Assembly: GCA_964447765.1 (NCBI GenBank)
Contig: CAYUTO010000001.1
Span: 28,110-92,109 of the forward strand
Direction of reading: 5' to 3'
Source of the DNA: an uncultured Gammaproteobacteria bacterium
Lineage (GTDB): Bacteria; Patescibacteriota; Patescibacteriia; Magasanikbacterales; UBA922
Length of the DNA: 64,000 nucleotides
The notes below the pieces were generated by a model, which had not been told where the DNA came from, did no database searches, and worked only from the letters and a program-made list of their open reading frames with translations. The translations under genes were made by a program, and so were the position numbers. Shown piece after piece: positions 10,368-19,531 of this stretch. Each line of letters begins with the position of its first letter. Position 1 is the stretch's first letter.

Positions 10368-11144
10368 ATGCCTGAAGAGAAAAGCATATTTGATGCGCTT
10401 TCACCTAAACAAATGTTTGTTACCGGACTCGTTGGGGGGATCATGGTGCTGTGTACTATTGGTTTTTTTGTAGTACTAAGTATCATGCTTGGTGATGGTG
10501 TTTCTACGAAGACTCCTCGAACACCAGGCACGGTCGTGACTGATGCAAGTGGTAATGTAGAAGGGCCAGAAGAATTTAGTCAGTGTCTTGATTCTGGAAA
10601 AACAGCGAGTGCTGTTTCTGCTGATCTTCAGCTCGGAAGTTCAATCGGGGTGAATGGAACTCCTGCAACTTTTGTAAATGGAGTATTGGTAAGTGGGGCA
10701 TTTCCATACGACTCATTGAAACAGGTGATCGATGCGACACTTGCAGGTCAATCAGTTGATAATCTTGAATTTTTGAAAGACCAAGAAACTGGAAAAGTAA
10801 TAAAAGTGACTATACCTGAATTGCCAGGTGCAGTATGGCTTGGAAATGAGAATGCAAAAGTCACTGTGGTAGAGTTTTCTGATTTTGAATGTCCATATTG
10901 TCTCAGATTTGAACCTGCAGTCAAACAGATGCTTACTGAATACGGAGACAAGATTAGATTTACCTACCGACATTTCCCATTATCATTCCATCCAAATGCA
11001 CAAAAAGCTGCAGAAGCATTTGAATGTGCTAAAGAACAAGGAATGGCGTGGGAGATGCACGAGAAACTGTTTGGGCTTCAGTCATCAGGACAACTTGGAA
11101 TTAATGGCTACAAGCGCGTAGCAACAGAACTCGGACTTGATTAA
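10368..11144 (+). CDS. Membrane-anchored DsbA/BdbD-family oxidoreductase, circularly permuted
   Basis: TM anchor; GVNGTP cis-Pro loop (aa 94-99) precedes EFSDFECPYC (aa 169-178); ends ATELGLD*. Confidence 0.85.
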   Translation: MPEEKSIFDALSPKQMFVTGLVGGIMVLCTIGFFVVLSIMLGDGVSTKTPRTPGTVVTDASGNVEGPEEFSQCLDSGKTASAVSADLQLGSSIGVNGTPATFVNGVLVSGAFPYDSLKQVIDATLAGQSVDNLEFLKDQETGKVIKVTIPELPGAVWLGNENAKVTVVEFSDFECPYCLRFEPAVKQMLTEYGDKIRFTYRHFPLSFHPNAQKAAEAFECAKEQGMAWEMHEKLFGLQSSGQLGINGYKRVATELGLD

Positions 11145-11282
11145 GCAGGTTTACACGAATAACCCTTCGAAAACTCTCAAGATCAATCTCGTACAAATTT
11201 ACGAGTAGGGTATTAATTACTTTCGGGATCCCAGGTGTACCTGCATACCTAAAAAGTACGCAGACTGAAAAAAGTTCACCGC

Positions 11283-11312
11283 AAAACTGCCGGGCCAAAC
11301 ACGGCGGTTTTT
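11283..11312. terminator. Intrinsic terminator
   Basis: AAAACTGCCG / CGGCGGTTTT followed by a T tract. Confidence 0.7.
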
Positions 11313-11466
11313 GTTTTAAATACTGATTGAACTTAGGGATTACATGGATAATTTAGTTAAAATAAGTCAAATATTACCTTAAATGGTTGACAAATTACCC
11401 ACGCCATGCTAAACTTTTTTATCACTAATTTTAGTGATAATGCGTTTCTTAGGGTAGGAGGAGAAC

Positions 11467-11931
11467 GTGGATACTTTTGATGTTACGGTAAATTACGACC
11501 TTCCGTTCAAGGAGGCAATCTCGGTCGGGAAGTATGATTGGGTGGATCAGAACATTACCTTAAAGAACTTCGCCTGGACTACTGGTTGGACTGCTAAATT
11601 CAAACTCTACCTCGTCAGCTTCGGTTATCCTGTAACGACTGCAAAGATCGAGGAATTGAGCGCTGAATTTCGTCTGGCTGCGCTTCCTGAACTTCTCGCC
11701 TTCGGAGCACAGTTCCCAGACAGGCAACGCGAGTTCGCGATCGTCGCTCTCGGTTCGCCTTGGGCTGTTCCTAATGGCAGTCATCGTGTCACATGTCTCT
11801 ATGGGGACACGGCTGTAAGGAATCTTGGTCTTTACTGGGATGCTCCCGAAAATAAGTGGGAAGGGTGCTGTAAGTTCCTGATGCTACGTAAGTGGGAGTA
11901 CTCTGCACAAAAAGCTTTACAAAGAAGGTGA
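11467..11931 (+). CDS. Hypothetical protein (cassette 3)
   Basis: GTG start after AGGAGG; promoter TTGACA(11387)-17-TAAACT; terminator 11946-11983. Confidence 0.8.
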   Translation: MDTFDVTVNYDLPFKEAISVGKYDWVDQNITLKNFAWTTGWTAKFKLYLVSFGYPVTTAKIEELSAEFRLAALPELLAFGAQFPDRQREFAIVALGSPWAVPNGSHRVTCLYGDTAVRNLGLYWDAPENKWEGCCKFLMLRKWEYSAQKALQRR

Positions 11932-12030
11932 GCGGCCAATCGAGTGCCCTGTACTAGTTCTATAGTGCAGGGCCTTTCTTTTTATTGAAAATTAGCTATA
12001 CTTGAATGGATACAATATTTATATATTTTT

Positions 12031-12612
12031 ATGCTCAATACCACACTACTTTCAAAAATTAGAAAAGATTTACTTACCTACGCTGAAATCCGACAGCGAG
12101 TGATCAAAGATTCAAATGACGCCTTATTTCAGGCAAAGCGGGCAATTTTTTCTCTTCACCGTGATCAGGTAGGGGAGGCAAAGGAAAAATTACAAGCTTC
12201 ACGAGCGCTTTTAGTAAAAATTAGTAAAGAATATGGTAGGGATGGTCGAGCGCTCGAAGAGGGAGCATACAAAGCTGCACTTGAAGAATTTGTGGAAGCT
12301 GAACTATTTTATCAATTTGTAACTACGTATAAAATTGGAGAAGTAAAAGGAATCAAAATTTCTTCTGAATCCTACGTGGCGGGACTAACTGATGTGCCAG
12401 GTGAGCTCTATCGTTTTGCAATCAAAGCTGCAACTGCACGAGATACAAAAATGGTAACTGCGTGTGCGGAAGCTGCAGAAGAAATTATTGGTGAGCTGAT
12501 TGAATGCAATCTTACGAGTTATCTTCGAAATAAATTTGATCAGGCAAAGACCGCTGTCCACAAATTGGAGCATGTGGTGTATGAGTTATCACTTCGTAAT
12601 CCATCTGCATAA
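12031..12612 (+). CDS. Translin/TRAX-family protein
   Basis: All-helical; ALEEFVEAELF and YVAGLTDVPGELYR motifs. Confidence 0.8.
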   Translation: MLNTTLLSKIRKDLLTYAEIRQRVIKDSNDALFQAKRAIFSLHRDQVGEAKEKLQASRALLVKISKEYGRDGRALEEGAYKAALEEFVEAELFYQFVTTYKIGEVKGIKISSESYVAGLTDVPGELYRFAIKAATARDTKMVTACAEAAEEIIGELIECNLTSYLRNKFDQAKTAVHKLEHVVYELSLRNPSA

Positions 12613-12619
12613 CTGGTGT

Positions 12620-14035
12620 ATGCTTCAAAAGATTAAAAAATTCATAAAAAAATATGTACCAAAAAAGGTTCTCAACCTTCGTCATTTAATATTTGCATGG
12701 TATGGCGCAGTTCGATACGGGTATCCATCGAATGAGCTTTTGGTAATTGGTATTACGGGGACGAGTGGAAAATCTACGACGGTTTTTTTGCTTCGTAATA
12801 TGCTCGAAGCATTAGGATATCGCGTAGGATCACTTTCTACGATTGATTTCCATATTGCAGGAGAGAATAAATTGAATAATCAGAAGATGACAATGCTCGG
12901 TCGTATGCAGACGCAGAAATATTTGAGGGAGATGGTAAACAAAGGGTGTGAAATTGCTATTGTAGAGACTACTTCAGAGGGGGCAGTACAACATCGTCAT
13001 GAGTTTATCAATTATGACATGATTATTCTCACAAACTTATATCCTGAACATATTGAATCTCATGGTAGTTTTGATAATTATAAAAAAGCAAAATTGTCTA
13101 TTTTTCGTTATATTGCACGATTTGGACGAAACAAGAAGAAGGCTGACGCATTGGGATTTCCCGCCCTTACTCGTCCGGGTACTGAGTATATGTCAAAAAT
13201 TGCGCTCGTTAATGGTGATTCAGTACATGCTCCGGATTTTTTTGCACAAGGCGATTTTGATCACACATATGCATTTGGTCGAGGAGTCCGGATGATTGAT
13301 GGAGTTGATCATCATTTTCTTCTTTCAGATACTCGAAGTGAAGAAAAAGGAATCGCTTTTTCACTTGATGGGCACGAAGTACGGGTACCGCTTTATGGAG
13401 AACATAATGCTGAAAATTGCGCGATTGTATTTAGTGTACTTTCAATTCTTGGTATTGCTTGGGATAAAATTATTCTTGCAGCGCGTGTATGTACGAATGC
13501 GCCTGGTCGAAATGAATTTATTACTCAGGCGGAAAAATATGGATTTAAGGTAATTGTCGACTACGCATTTGAACCCAAAGCTATTGAAGCACTCTATACA
13601 GTAGTATCACATCTTTCAGTACGACGTATTATCCATGTATTTGGTTCGACGGGTGGTGGTCGCGATACGTCTCGTCGATTTAGTGTGGGTGAATATGTAG
13701 GAAAACATGCTGATATCGTGTTTGTCACTGATGAAGACCCTTATGACGATGATCCACTTTTGATTATGCATGATGTATCCAGTGCAGTTGAAAAGAAAGG
13801 TAAAATACCAGGTAAAGATTTGTTTTTGATTGAAAATAGAAAAGAAGCAATTGAACGTGCGATTATGATGGCTGAAGCAGGGGATATTGTACTCGTGACT
13901 GGAAAGGGAAGTGAACAGGGGATGTGTATTGCAGGCGGAAACATAATTCCATGGGATGATCGAGTGGTGGTGCGAGAAGCGCTCACACTTCGTGGTGGTG
14001 AAAAAAAAGAAATACATTCGTTATGGAGCTCATAA
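12620..14035 (+). CDS. murE: UDP-N-acetylmuramyl-tripeptide synthetase
   Basis: GITGTSGKST, ETTSEG, NLYPEH, VDYAF, GGGRD, GKGSE; start trimmed to MLQKIKK. Confidence 0.85.
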   Translation: MLQKIKKFIKKYVPKKVLNLRHLIFAWYGAVRYGYPSNELLVIGITGTSGKSTTVFLLRNMLEALGYRVGSLSTIDFHIAGENKLNNQKMTMLGRMQTQKYLREMVNKGCEIAIVETTSEGAVQHRHEFINYDMIILTNLYPEHIESHGSFDNYKKAKLSIFRYIARFGRNKKKADALGFPALTRPGTEYMSKIALVNGDSVHAPDFFAQGDFDHTYAFGRGVRMIDGVDHHFLLSDTRSEEKGIAFSLDGHEVRVPLYGEHNAENCAIVFSVLSILGIAWDKIILAARVCTNAPGRNEFITQAEKYGFKVIVDYAFEPKAIEALYTVVSHLSVRRIIHVFGSTGGGRDTSRRFSVGEYVGKHADIVFVTDEDPYDDDPLLIMHDVSSAVEKKGKIPGKDLFLIENRKEAIERAIMMAEAGDIVLVTGKGSEQGMCIAGGNIIPWDDRVVVREALTLRGGEKKEIHSLWSS

Positions 14036-14745
14036 GCGTGGTTGTACCCGTGTATAATCGCCGGGAAGTTTTTTTACATTCACTTACTTCTCTAGTTTCT
14101 CAAACATATCCTGTATTGCAGATTATTGTTGTTGATGATGGGAGTAGTGAGGATATCCAATCGGTATTTGAACATATTCGAGCTACATACGAAGGTGAGG
14201 GGCGACGTTTTTTGTTTATAAGACAAGAAAATAAAGGTGCGCCTGTTGCGAGAAATAGGGGGTTAGCTGAAGCGTCGGGTGAGTTTGTTATATTCTGGGA
14301 CGCAGACGTGATTGGTGAACCTAAAATGCTTCACACAATGTATGAAGCGCTAGAGAAAAATAAAGACGCGTCATTTGCGTATTCCAATTTTTTATTTGGA
14401 AAAAAGTTATTTCGAGGGATGTCATTTTCTTTTGAAGAATTGAAAAAGAAAAATTATATTACTACGACCTCGCTTATTAGAAAAAAAGATAGTATTCAAT
14501 GGGACGAGTCTTTAAAACGTTTTCAGGATTGGGATTTGTGGCTAACGATCGCTGAGTCTGGAAAAAAGGGTATATGGATTGATAAGACATTATTTCAGGT
14601 GCAAGCTACTGGTGGAATAAGTTCGTGGCTACCATCTATTGCCTATGCAAAGCCATTTCGGTGGTTACCCGGTATTCGCTCAAAAGTCGCAGACTATGAG
14701 CGTGCTCGGCAGATTATTTTACATAAACATGTGATTCCAGATTAA
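14023..14745 (+). CDS. Glycosyltransferase family 2
   Basis: VVVPVYN, VDDGS, DAD, QDWDLWL. Confidence 0.9.
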   Translation: MELISVVVPVYNRREVFLHSLTSLVSQTYPVLQIIVVDDGSSEDIQSVFEHIRATYEGEGRRFLFIRQENKGAPVARNRGLAEASGEFVIFWDADVIGEPKMLHTMYEALEKNKDASFAYSNFLFGKKLFRGMSFSFEELKKKNYITTTSLIRKKDSIQWDESLKRFQDWDLWLTIAESGKKGIWIDKTLFQVQATGGISSWLPSIAYAKPFRWLPGIRSKVADYERARQIILHKHVIPD

Positions 14746-14784
14746 CTACTTGAAAGTTTTTTATAAATATGATATAACGTGGAC

Positions 14785-15028
14785 GAATTTGTTGGACTTT
14801 TTGATTCCGCAATTGGGTAGTGAATCTGTTGCTCCGCCAGTCACTCTACTGATACCGTACAGCGTGTGGTGATTATGCTGGGGTATCGGTGTGCGGTAGT
14901 CTGTATCCACTTTGCCTGGTTTGCGCATTCATCGAGATAAGACGAATTCACTAGGGAACGTGGGGGAGTAATCCCTCATGTTCCCTAGTCCACCACTGTA
15001 TTTAAAAACCGAGTGCATCTCGGTTTTT
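14785..15028 (+). ncRNA. Candidate structured ncRNA, unit 1
   Basis: Promoter TTGAAA(14750)-17-TATAAC; several helices; GUAA-capped 18-bp stem 14950-14989; own terminator 15004-15028; no ORF of 60 aa or more. Confidence 0.5.
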
Positions 15029-15084
15029 TGTTTTTTAGTCTTTGTAATCTTGACATGTGCCATAGTGTATGGTACAACCTTATC

Positions 15085-15357
15085 GGGTTTATTGTTATTC
15101 TAGATCTATCACCTGTATTGGGTCGATGTCTCCTCCCCGCCGTCTACTTCCATGTCGAGCGGGGATTGCCCCGCAACAATCCGGAACCGTTCCGTGGAGT
15201 GTAGGCGTGACTCGTCCAAAACAAGTGTAATGTCTGTGAATACACAATTAGCCCTGTCTAGGGGAGCGGGAGTAGGTGTTCCTTCTGAACACTGAAACCG
15301 CTTCCCTCGACCTCATCATATCATTTAAAAACGTCCTCAAATTTTGAGGACGTTTTT
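15085..15357 (+). ncRNA. Candidate structured ncRNA, unit 2 (paralog of unit 1)
   Basis: Promoter TTGACA(15050)-17-TACAAC; closing stem GGGTCGA/TCGACCT; 3' hairpin 15260-15307; terminator 15327-15357. Confidence 0.5.
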
Positions 15358-16278
15358 TTATACAAATTTTTGTTTATCAAGCGTGAGCCAATATCCAGCA
15401 AGACAAGCATTCACGTCTAATGCTGTTTTTCCTTCGAATTGTATTTTTAAGATTTCAATTGTTCCATCGCCTGTACCTACTGCTATCCAGTCTTCTTCAC
15501 AACTGATCAAACCGGGTTCTAATTTTTGGTATCCTGGCGTTATTTCGAGTAACTTTACTCGCGCACCATTAAGTGTTGTCCAGATGCCAGGCCATGGAGT
15601 AGTGCCTCGGTAGAGGTTGTAAATTTCTTCTGTTGTTTTACTCCAGTCAATTTTTCCATCATCACGGGAGAGTTTTCTACACATTGTTACTTGAGTTTCA
15701 TCTTGTTTTTGTGGTGTAATTTTTTCTGCGATATATTCTGGTAGAGTTTCAAGAAGTAATGCAGAACCTATGTTCGCTAGTTTCTGGTCGAGTACAGGGT
15801 AAGTATCATTTTCGTCGATTGAAGTTTTTTCTTGTGAAAGAACGTCACCTGTATCCATGCCAGTGTCCATAATCATGATCGTCACCCCCGTTTCTGTTTC
15901 GCCGTTAATAAGCGCTGATTGAATAGGGGAGGCACCACGATATTTTGGAAGAAGTGATGTGTGCACATTTACAAATCCATGCTTAGTTTCCTCAAATAAA
16001 TGCGAAGGAATAAGTAATCCATATTGCGCGGTGACTGCAACGTCATACAAATCTTTTTCAAGATGGAAGTTTTTTAGACTTTCTGGTTGTTCAGTTTTGA
16101 TTCCTAATGTATCTGCCAAAACTTTTACTGGTGGGGGAGTAAGTATCTGTTTTCTTCCGACAGGTTTATCTGGCTGAGTTACGACGAGGTCAACTGAAAA
16201 ACGATCATCTTTTGCGAGTGATTCGAGGATGGTTACTCCAAATTCATGAGTTCCGAAGAAGGTGATTGAGATGGGCAT
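15358..16278 (-). CDS. fmt: Methionyl-tRNA formyltransferase
   Basis: FFGTHEF, TQPDKPVGR, NVHTSLLPKYRGASPI, MDTGD. Confidence 0.95.
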   Translation of the reverse strand: MPISITFFGTHEFGVTILESLAKDDRFSVDLVVTQPDKPVGRKQILTPPPVKVLADTLGIKTEQPESLKNFHLEKDLYDVAVTAQYGLLIPSHLFEETKHGFVNVHTSLLPKYRGASPIQSALINGETETGVTIMIMDTGMDTGDVLSQEKTSIDENDTYPVLDQKLANIGSALLLETLPEYIAEKITPQKQDETQVTMCRKLSRDDGKIDWSKTTEEIYNLYRGTTPWPGIWTTLNGARVKLLEITPGYQKLEPGLISCEEDWIAVGTGDGTIEILKIQFEGKTALDVNACLAGYWLTLDKQKFV

Positions 16279-16287
16279 ATAGTATAT

Positions 16288-16338
16288 GTCATCCCCGTGA
16301 AGACGGGGATCTTAGATTCCCATATCCGCGGGAATGAC
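16288..16338. repeat. dRS3/RPE-like palindromic miniature element
   Basis: GTCATCCCCGTGAAGACGGGGATC...GATTCCCATATCCGCGGGAATGAC; ATTCCC-N8-GGGAAT core. Confidence 0.7.
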
Positions 16339-16446
16339 GTAAAAACGTAGATAACTTCAATATTATCTCAACTAAGCTATTTTTTCAAGGATTAATGACA
16401 CACTACCCATTTTTTGATATTATGAGATGGTGTTTTTATACTATCT

Positions 16447-17661
16447 ATGAGTTTCAAAATCATCATTATCGTTATTATTATTTCAGTCTTCGGGGGATTG
16501 AGTTATTTTTTTGTAGCACAAAGTGGGGATACTCGAGGTGAGAAAATAGTAAACACCTCTCTTACTACAACCACTTCTGTACAGGTGGTAGAGCCTGAAT
16601 TTGTACTTCAAACTCATGTTATTCAAGAAGGGGATACCTTTGGTATTGCGACAAATGCATTGGGGATTCCCTATGGAGAGATGCTTCAGATTCTTGATCG
16701 AGCTTCGTCTACGTATGATTTTACTCGAGTAAAAGTGGGGCAACCTCTGACCTTGGCAAAAAATAAAGATGGTAAAATCGTTCACCTTGACTACGAACGA
16801 GATCGTGATTCAATCGTTCGTTTTTATTTTGCCGATGCTCGAGCTGAAATTATTCCAATTGAGTATGAAGTAGAAGAGGTAGTGGTTGTCGGTACTGTTT
16901 CATCATCAATGTATTTGGATGCCTTGTCGCTTGGTATTCCTGATGCAGTCATTATGCAATTTGCAGATACATTTGCATGGACGATTGATTTTTCCACCCA
17001 AGTTCAGTATGGAGATACTTTTTCAATCGTATATGAAAAACGAAAACGAGAGGGGGTGGATGCTGGAACGGGATTTGTTCGTGCAGGGAAATTTGTAAAT
17101 AGTGGGAATGAATTGTACGCATTTTTGTATGAGCAGGAACAAGGGAAGCCTTCATATTTTAATGAAAAAGGTGAATCTATGATTAAGGCTTTTTTGCGAG
17201 CACCTCTTGAGTATAAGCGTATTACTTCTGGTTATACTAATGCACGGTTTCATCCAATATTAGGTAGGAACACGACGCATCTTGCAATTGATTATGCAGC
17301 GGCAATAGGAACACCGATTATGGCTGTAGGTGACGGCACGGTAACGTTTGCAGGATGGAATAGTGGTGGATTTGGTAATTTTGTGACTATTAAACATAAT
17401 GATAAGTTTATTACTGAATACGCCCATTTATCTGCCTTTGCAAAAGGAATTAAATCAGGAACTCGTGTAGTGCAGGGGCAGGTGATTGGCTACGTTGGAT
17501 CGACTGGACTCTCCACTGGACCTCATCTTCATTATCAAATCAGACAGAATGGAGCTCTCGTAAACCCGCTTAAAGTCGAGTTTCCTCCGGGAGATCCAAT
17601 AAAAGATGAACATCGGGATGAATTTGAACTTGAAGTTTTGAAATATAAGGATAGGCTTTAG
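16447..17661 (+). CDS. M23 peptidoglycan endopeptidase (MepM/Csd3-like)
   Basis: HLAID, YAHL, TGPHLHY; N-terminal TM. Confidence 0.9.
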   Translation: MSFKIIIIVIIISVFGGLSYFFVAQSGDTRGEKIVNTSLTTTTSVQVVEPEFVLQTHVIQEGDTFGIATNALGIPYGEMLQILDRASSTYDFTRVKVGQPLTLAKNKDGKIVHLDYERDRDSIVRFYFADARAEIIPIEYEVEEVVVVGTVSSSMYLDALSLGIPDAVIMQFADTFAWTIDFSTQVQYGDTFSIVYEKRKREGVDAGTGFVRAGKFVNSGNELYAFLYEQEQGKPSYFNEKGESMIKAFLRAPLEYKRITSGYTNARFHPILGRNTTHLAIDYAAAIGTPIMAVGDGTVTFAGWNSGGFGNFVTIKHNDKFITEYAHLSAFAKGIKSGTRVVQGQVIGYVGSTGLSTGPHLHYQIRQNGALVNPLKVEFPPGDPIKDEHRDEFELEVLKYKDRL

Positions 17662-17792
17662 ACGAGAAAGATTGGAGAATTATCTAGAATTTTTAGTCTT
17701 CAATTTTTATTTTTTTAACTTTTCGATATAGTTGCTCGTTGTTTATTGCTATGATACAATATTAGCCACTTAACCAAACCATTTGTAAGCCT

Positions 17793-18146
17793 ATGGAACA
17801 TGATATCCAATCGATCTTCAACCGTATACAAGAGTCAAAGAAAAAACAGAAAGATATCAAAGTAATGTTTAAAGATGCACTTGATGGAAATGGGGAGTAT
17901 CAAGAAATACAAGATAAGATGAAAGTAATTCGTGAAAATAAAAAACGAATTGAAACTTCGATTAAAGAAGGTTTTTCAAGTGAAATGCAAAAACTTGATG
18001 ATTTGAAAATTGATATTGAATCTGATACTGAAATGTTGAATGATATGGCGCTGACGAAGATGATGAAAGGTGAAACATTTGAATTATCAGATGAGTATAA
18101 GAATAATTACGAGCCAATATTTTCAGTCAAATTTAAAAAACAGTAA
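17793..18146 (+). CDS. Coiled-coil hypothetical protein
   Basis: 117 aa, charged and helical; 6 nt from the next gene. Confidence 0.75.
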   Translation: MEHDIQSIFNRIQESKKKQKDIKVMFKDALDGNGEYQEIQDKMKVIRENKKRIETSIKEGFSSEMQKLDDLKIDIESDTEMLNDMALTKMMKGETFELSDEYKNNYEPIFSVKFKKQ

Positions 18147-18152
18147 TCATCT

Positions 18153-18734
18153 ATGTCACGAGAAGTTATATTTGATATTGAAACTGTCGGGGACATCAAG
18201 GATTACAATACGATGAAAGTTACGGTGGTCTCAGTGTATGAGTTTGAGACAGATTCATATCGATCATTCGATGAGCATGAACTTGGTTTACTCTGGCCAA
18301 TTCTAGAAAAAGCAGAGAGGCTTATTGGGTTCAATAGTGAATCATTTGATATTCCTATTTTAGATAGATATTACAGTGGTGATTTGAAACGGATTGAACA
18401 TCTTGATTTACTGAAAGTGGTAAAAGAGTCTACGGGCAGACGATACAAATTGAATGATCTTGCAAAAGCAACGCTTCAGATTGAGAAAAGTGCTGATGGA
18501 CTCCAGGCAATGGAGTGGTATAAAGAAGGAAAGATTGATCTGATTAAAAAATATTGCGAACAAGATGTGAAAGTGACCAAAGAGATTTATGATTTTGGTC
18601 GGAAGAATAAAATGTTGTATTTTCCAACTCTCACCGGAGAGATTCAGCCATTTCCTGTAAACTTTGAACCCAAACCTCAGGTTGCTGCACAACAAGGTGT
18701 ACAAGGTGGAGTTAATTTGACGTTACCTTTTTAA
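18153..18734 (+). CDS. RNase H-like (YprB/RNase_H_2) 3'-5' exonuclease
   Basis: FDIET, GFNSESFD, YCEQDV (DEDD pattern). Confidence 0.85.
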   Translation: MSREVIFDIETVGDIKDYNTMKVTVVSVYEFETDSYRSFDEHELGLLWPILEKAERLIGFNSESFDIPILDRYYSGDLKRIEHLDLLKVVKESTGRRYKLNDLAKATLQIEKSADGLQAMEWYKEGKIDLIKKYCEQDVKVTKEIYDFGRKNKMLYFPTLTGEIQPFPVNFEPKPQVAAQQGVQGGVNLTLPF

Positions 18735-18754
18735 GAGTATTAGTAATTTTAAAC

Positions 18755-18782
18755 AAAAAACCTCCCAGATGGGAGGTTTTTT
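18755..18782. terminator. Bidirectional terminator
   Basis: AAAAAACCTCCC-agat-GGGAGGTTTTTT. Confidence 0.8.
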
Positions 18783-19464
18783 AGAATATTTCGAAATGAA
18801 TATTTTTTGCGTCAGTTCCTCGAGTAGTGAGCATTTCTCGAACTGTTTTTACCATATCAGCATTTCCGCAGAGAAATGCATGGAGATGTGAAGTGTTTGT
18901 AGGTAGGTGTTCGGTCACGCGTCCTCGACTTCCAGTCCACGAGTCTTCGGGGCGTGAAATAGTGGTCGAGTAGCTAAAGTTTGTATGTTTTTTTTGTAGT
19001 TCTTCCAATCGGTCTGCCCAGAAAATATCTTTTTCGTATCGAACTCCAAAAATAAGGTGTAATTTGTTTTTATTATTTTTACTCTCCAGTTCATCTTGGA
19101 TCATTCCCATGATTGGAGCTAATCCTACGCCTGTGGCTATAAAACAGAGATCGCTGTTGCTAGTGTTTACGACAAACCTTCCTGCTGGTCCGCGGAATGA
19201 AATTGTGTCACCTGGGTTTGAAATTTGAAAAAGTTTGGAAGCAATACCGGTATCATAGAGTTTCACGCATAGTTCTAGATACTCGTCTTTTGGAACAGAG
19301 GAAATGGAATATGAACGAAATACTTGTTTTTCACCCTGTGGCGCAATAATTTGGATAAATTGACCAGCCTGAAAATCAAAGTTTTTTGGCTTATTTAAGC
19401 GAATTTGAAGCACATCTTCGGTTAGATATTTCTTTTCTATTAGATTGCTTTGGAATTCATTCAT
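18781..19464 (-). CDS. FAD/NAD(P)-binding ferredoxin-reductase-type oxidoreductase
   Basis: RSYSISS, ATGVGLAP, FLCG, HFEIF. Confidence 0.88.
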   Translation of the reverse strand: MNEFQSNLIEKKYLTEDVLQIRLNKPKNFDFQAGQFIQIIAPQGEKQVFRSYSISSVPKDEYLELCVKLYDTGIASKLFQISNPGDTISFRGPAGRFVVNTSNSDLCFIATGVGLAPIMGMIQDELESKNNKNKLHLIFGVRYEKDIFWADRLEELQKKHTNFSYSTTISRPEDSWTGSRGRVTEHLPTNTSHLHAFLCGNADMVKTVREMLTTRGTDAKNIHFEIF

Positions 19465-19469
19465 AACGA

Positions 19470-19514
19470 TTGACAATCGAGATTAATTCGTATATCATAC
19501 TACAAAAGTATGAT
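19470..19514 (+). promoter_or_regulatory. Promoter of the Fe-S operon with an overlapping palindromic operator
   Basis: TTGACA-17-TATCAT; ATCATACT-N5-AGTATGAT at 19494-19514. Confidence 0.7.
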
Positions 19515-19531
19515 TTCTGCAATAATACCCT

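Noticed and set aside
14985-14996. TCCACCA resembling a tmRNA or tRNA 3' end
   Set aside because: No T-arm (GTTCRA) before it, no matching GGGG 5' acceptor strand and no tag ORF.
15120-15180. GGGTCG...CTCC start resembling an HDV-like ribozyme
   Set aside because: The complementary strand is about 190 nt away and the nested double pseudoknot order cannot be built.
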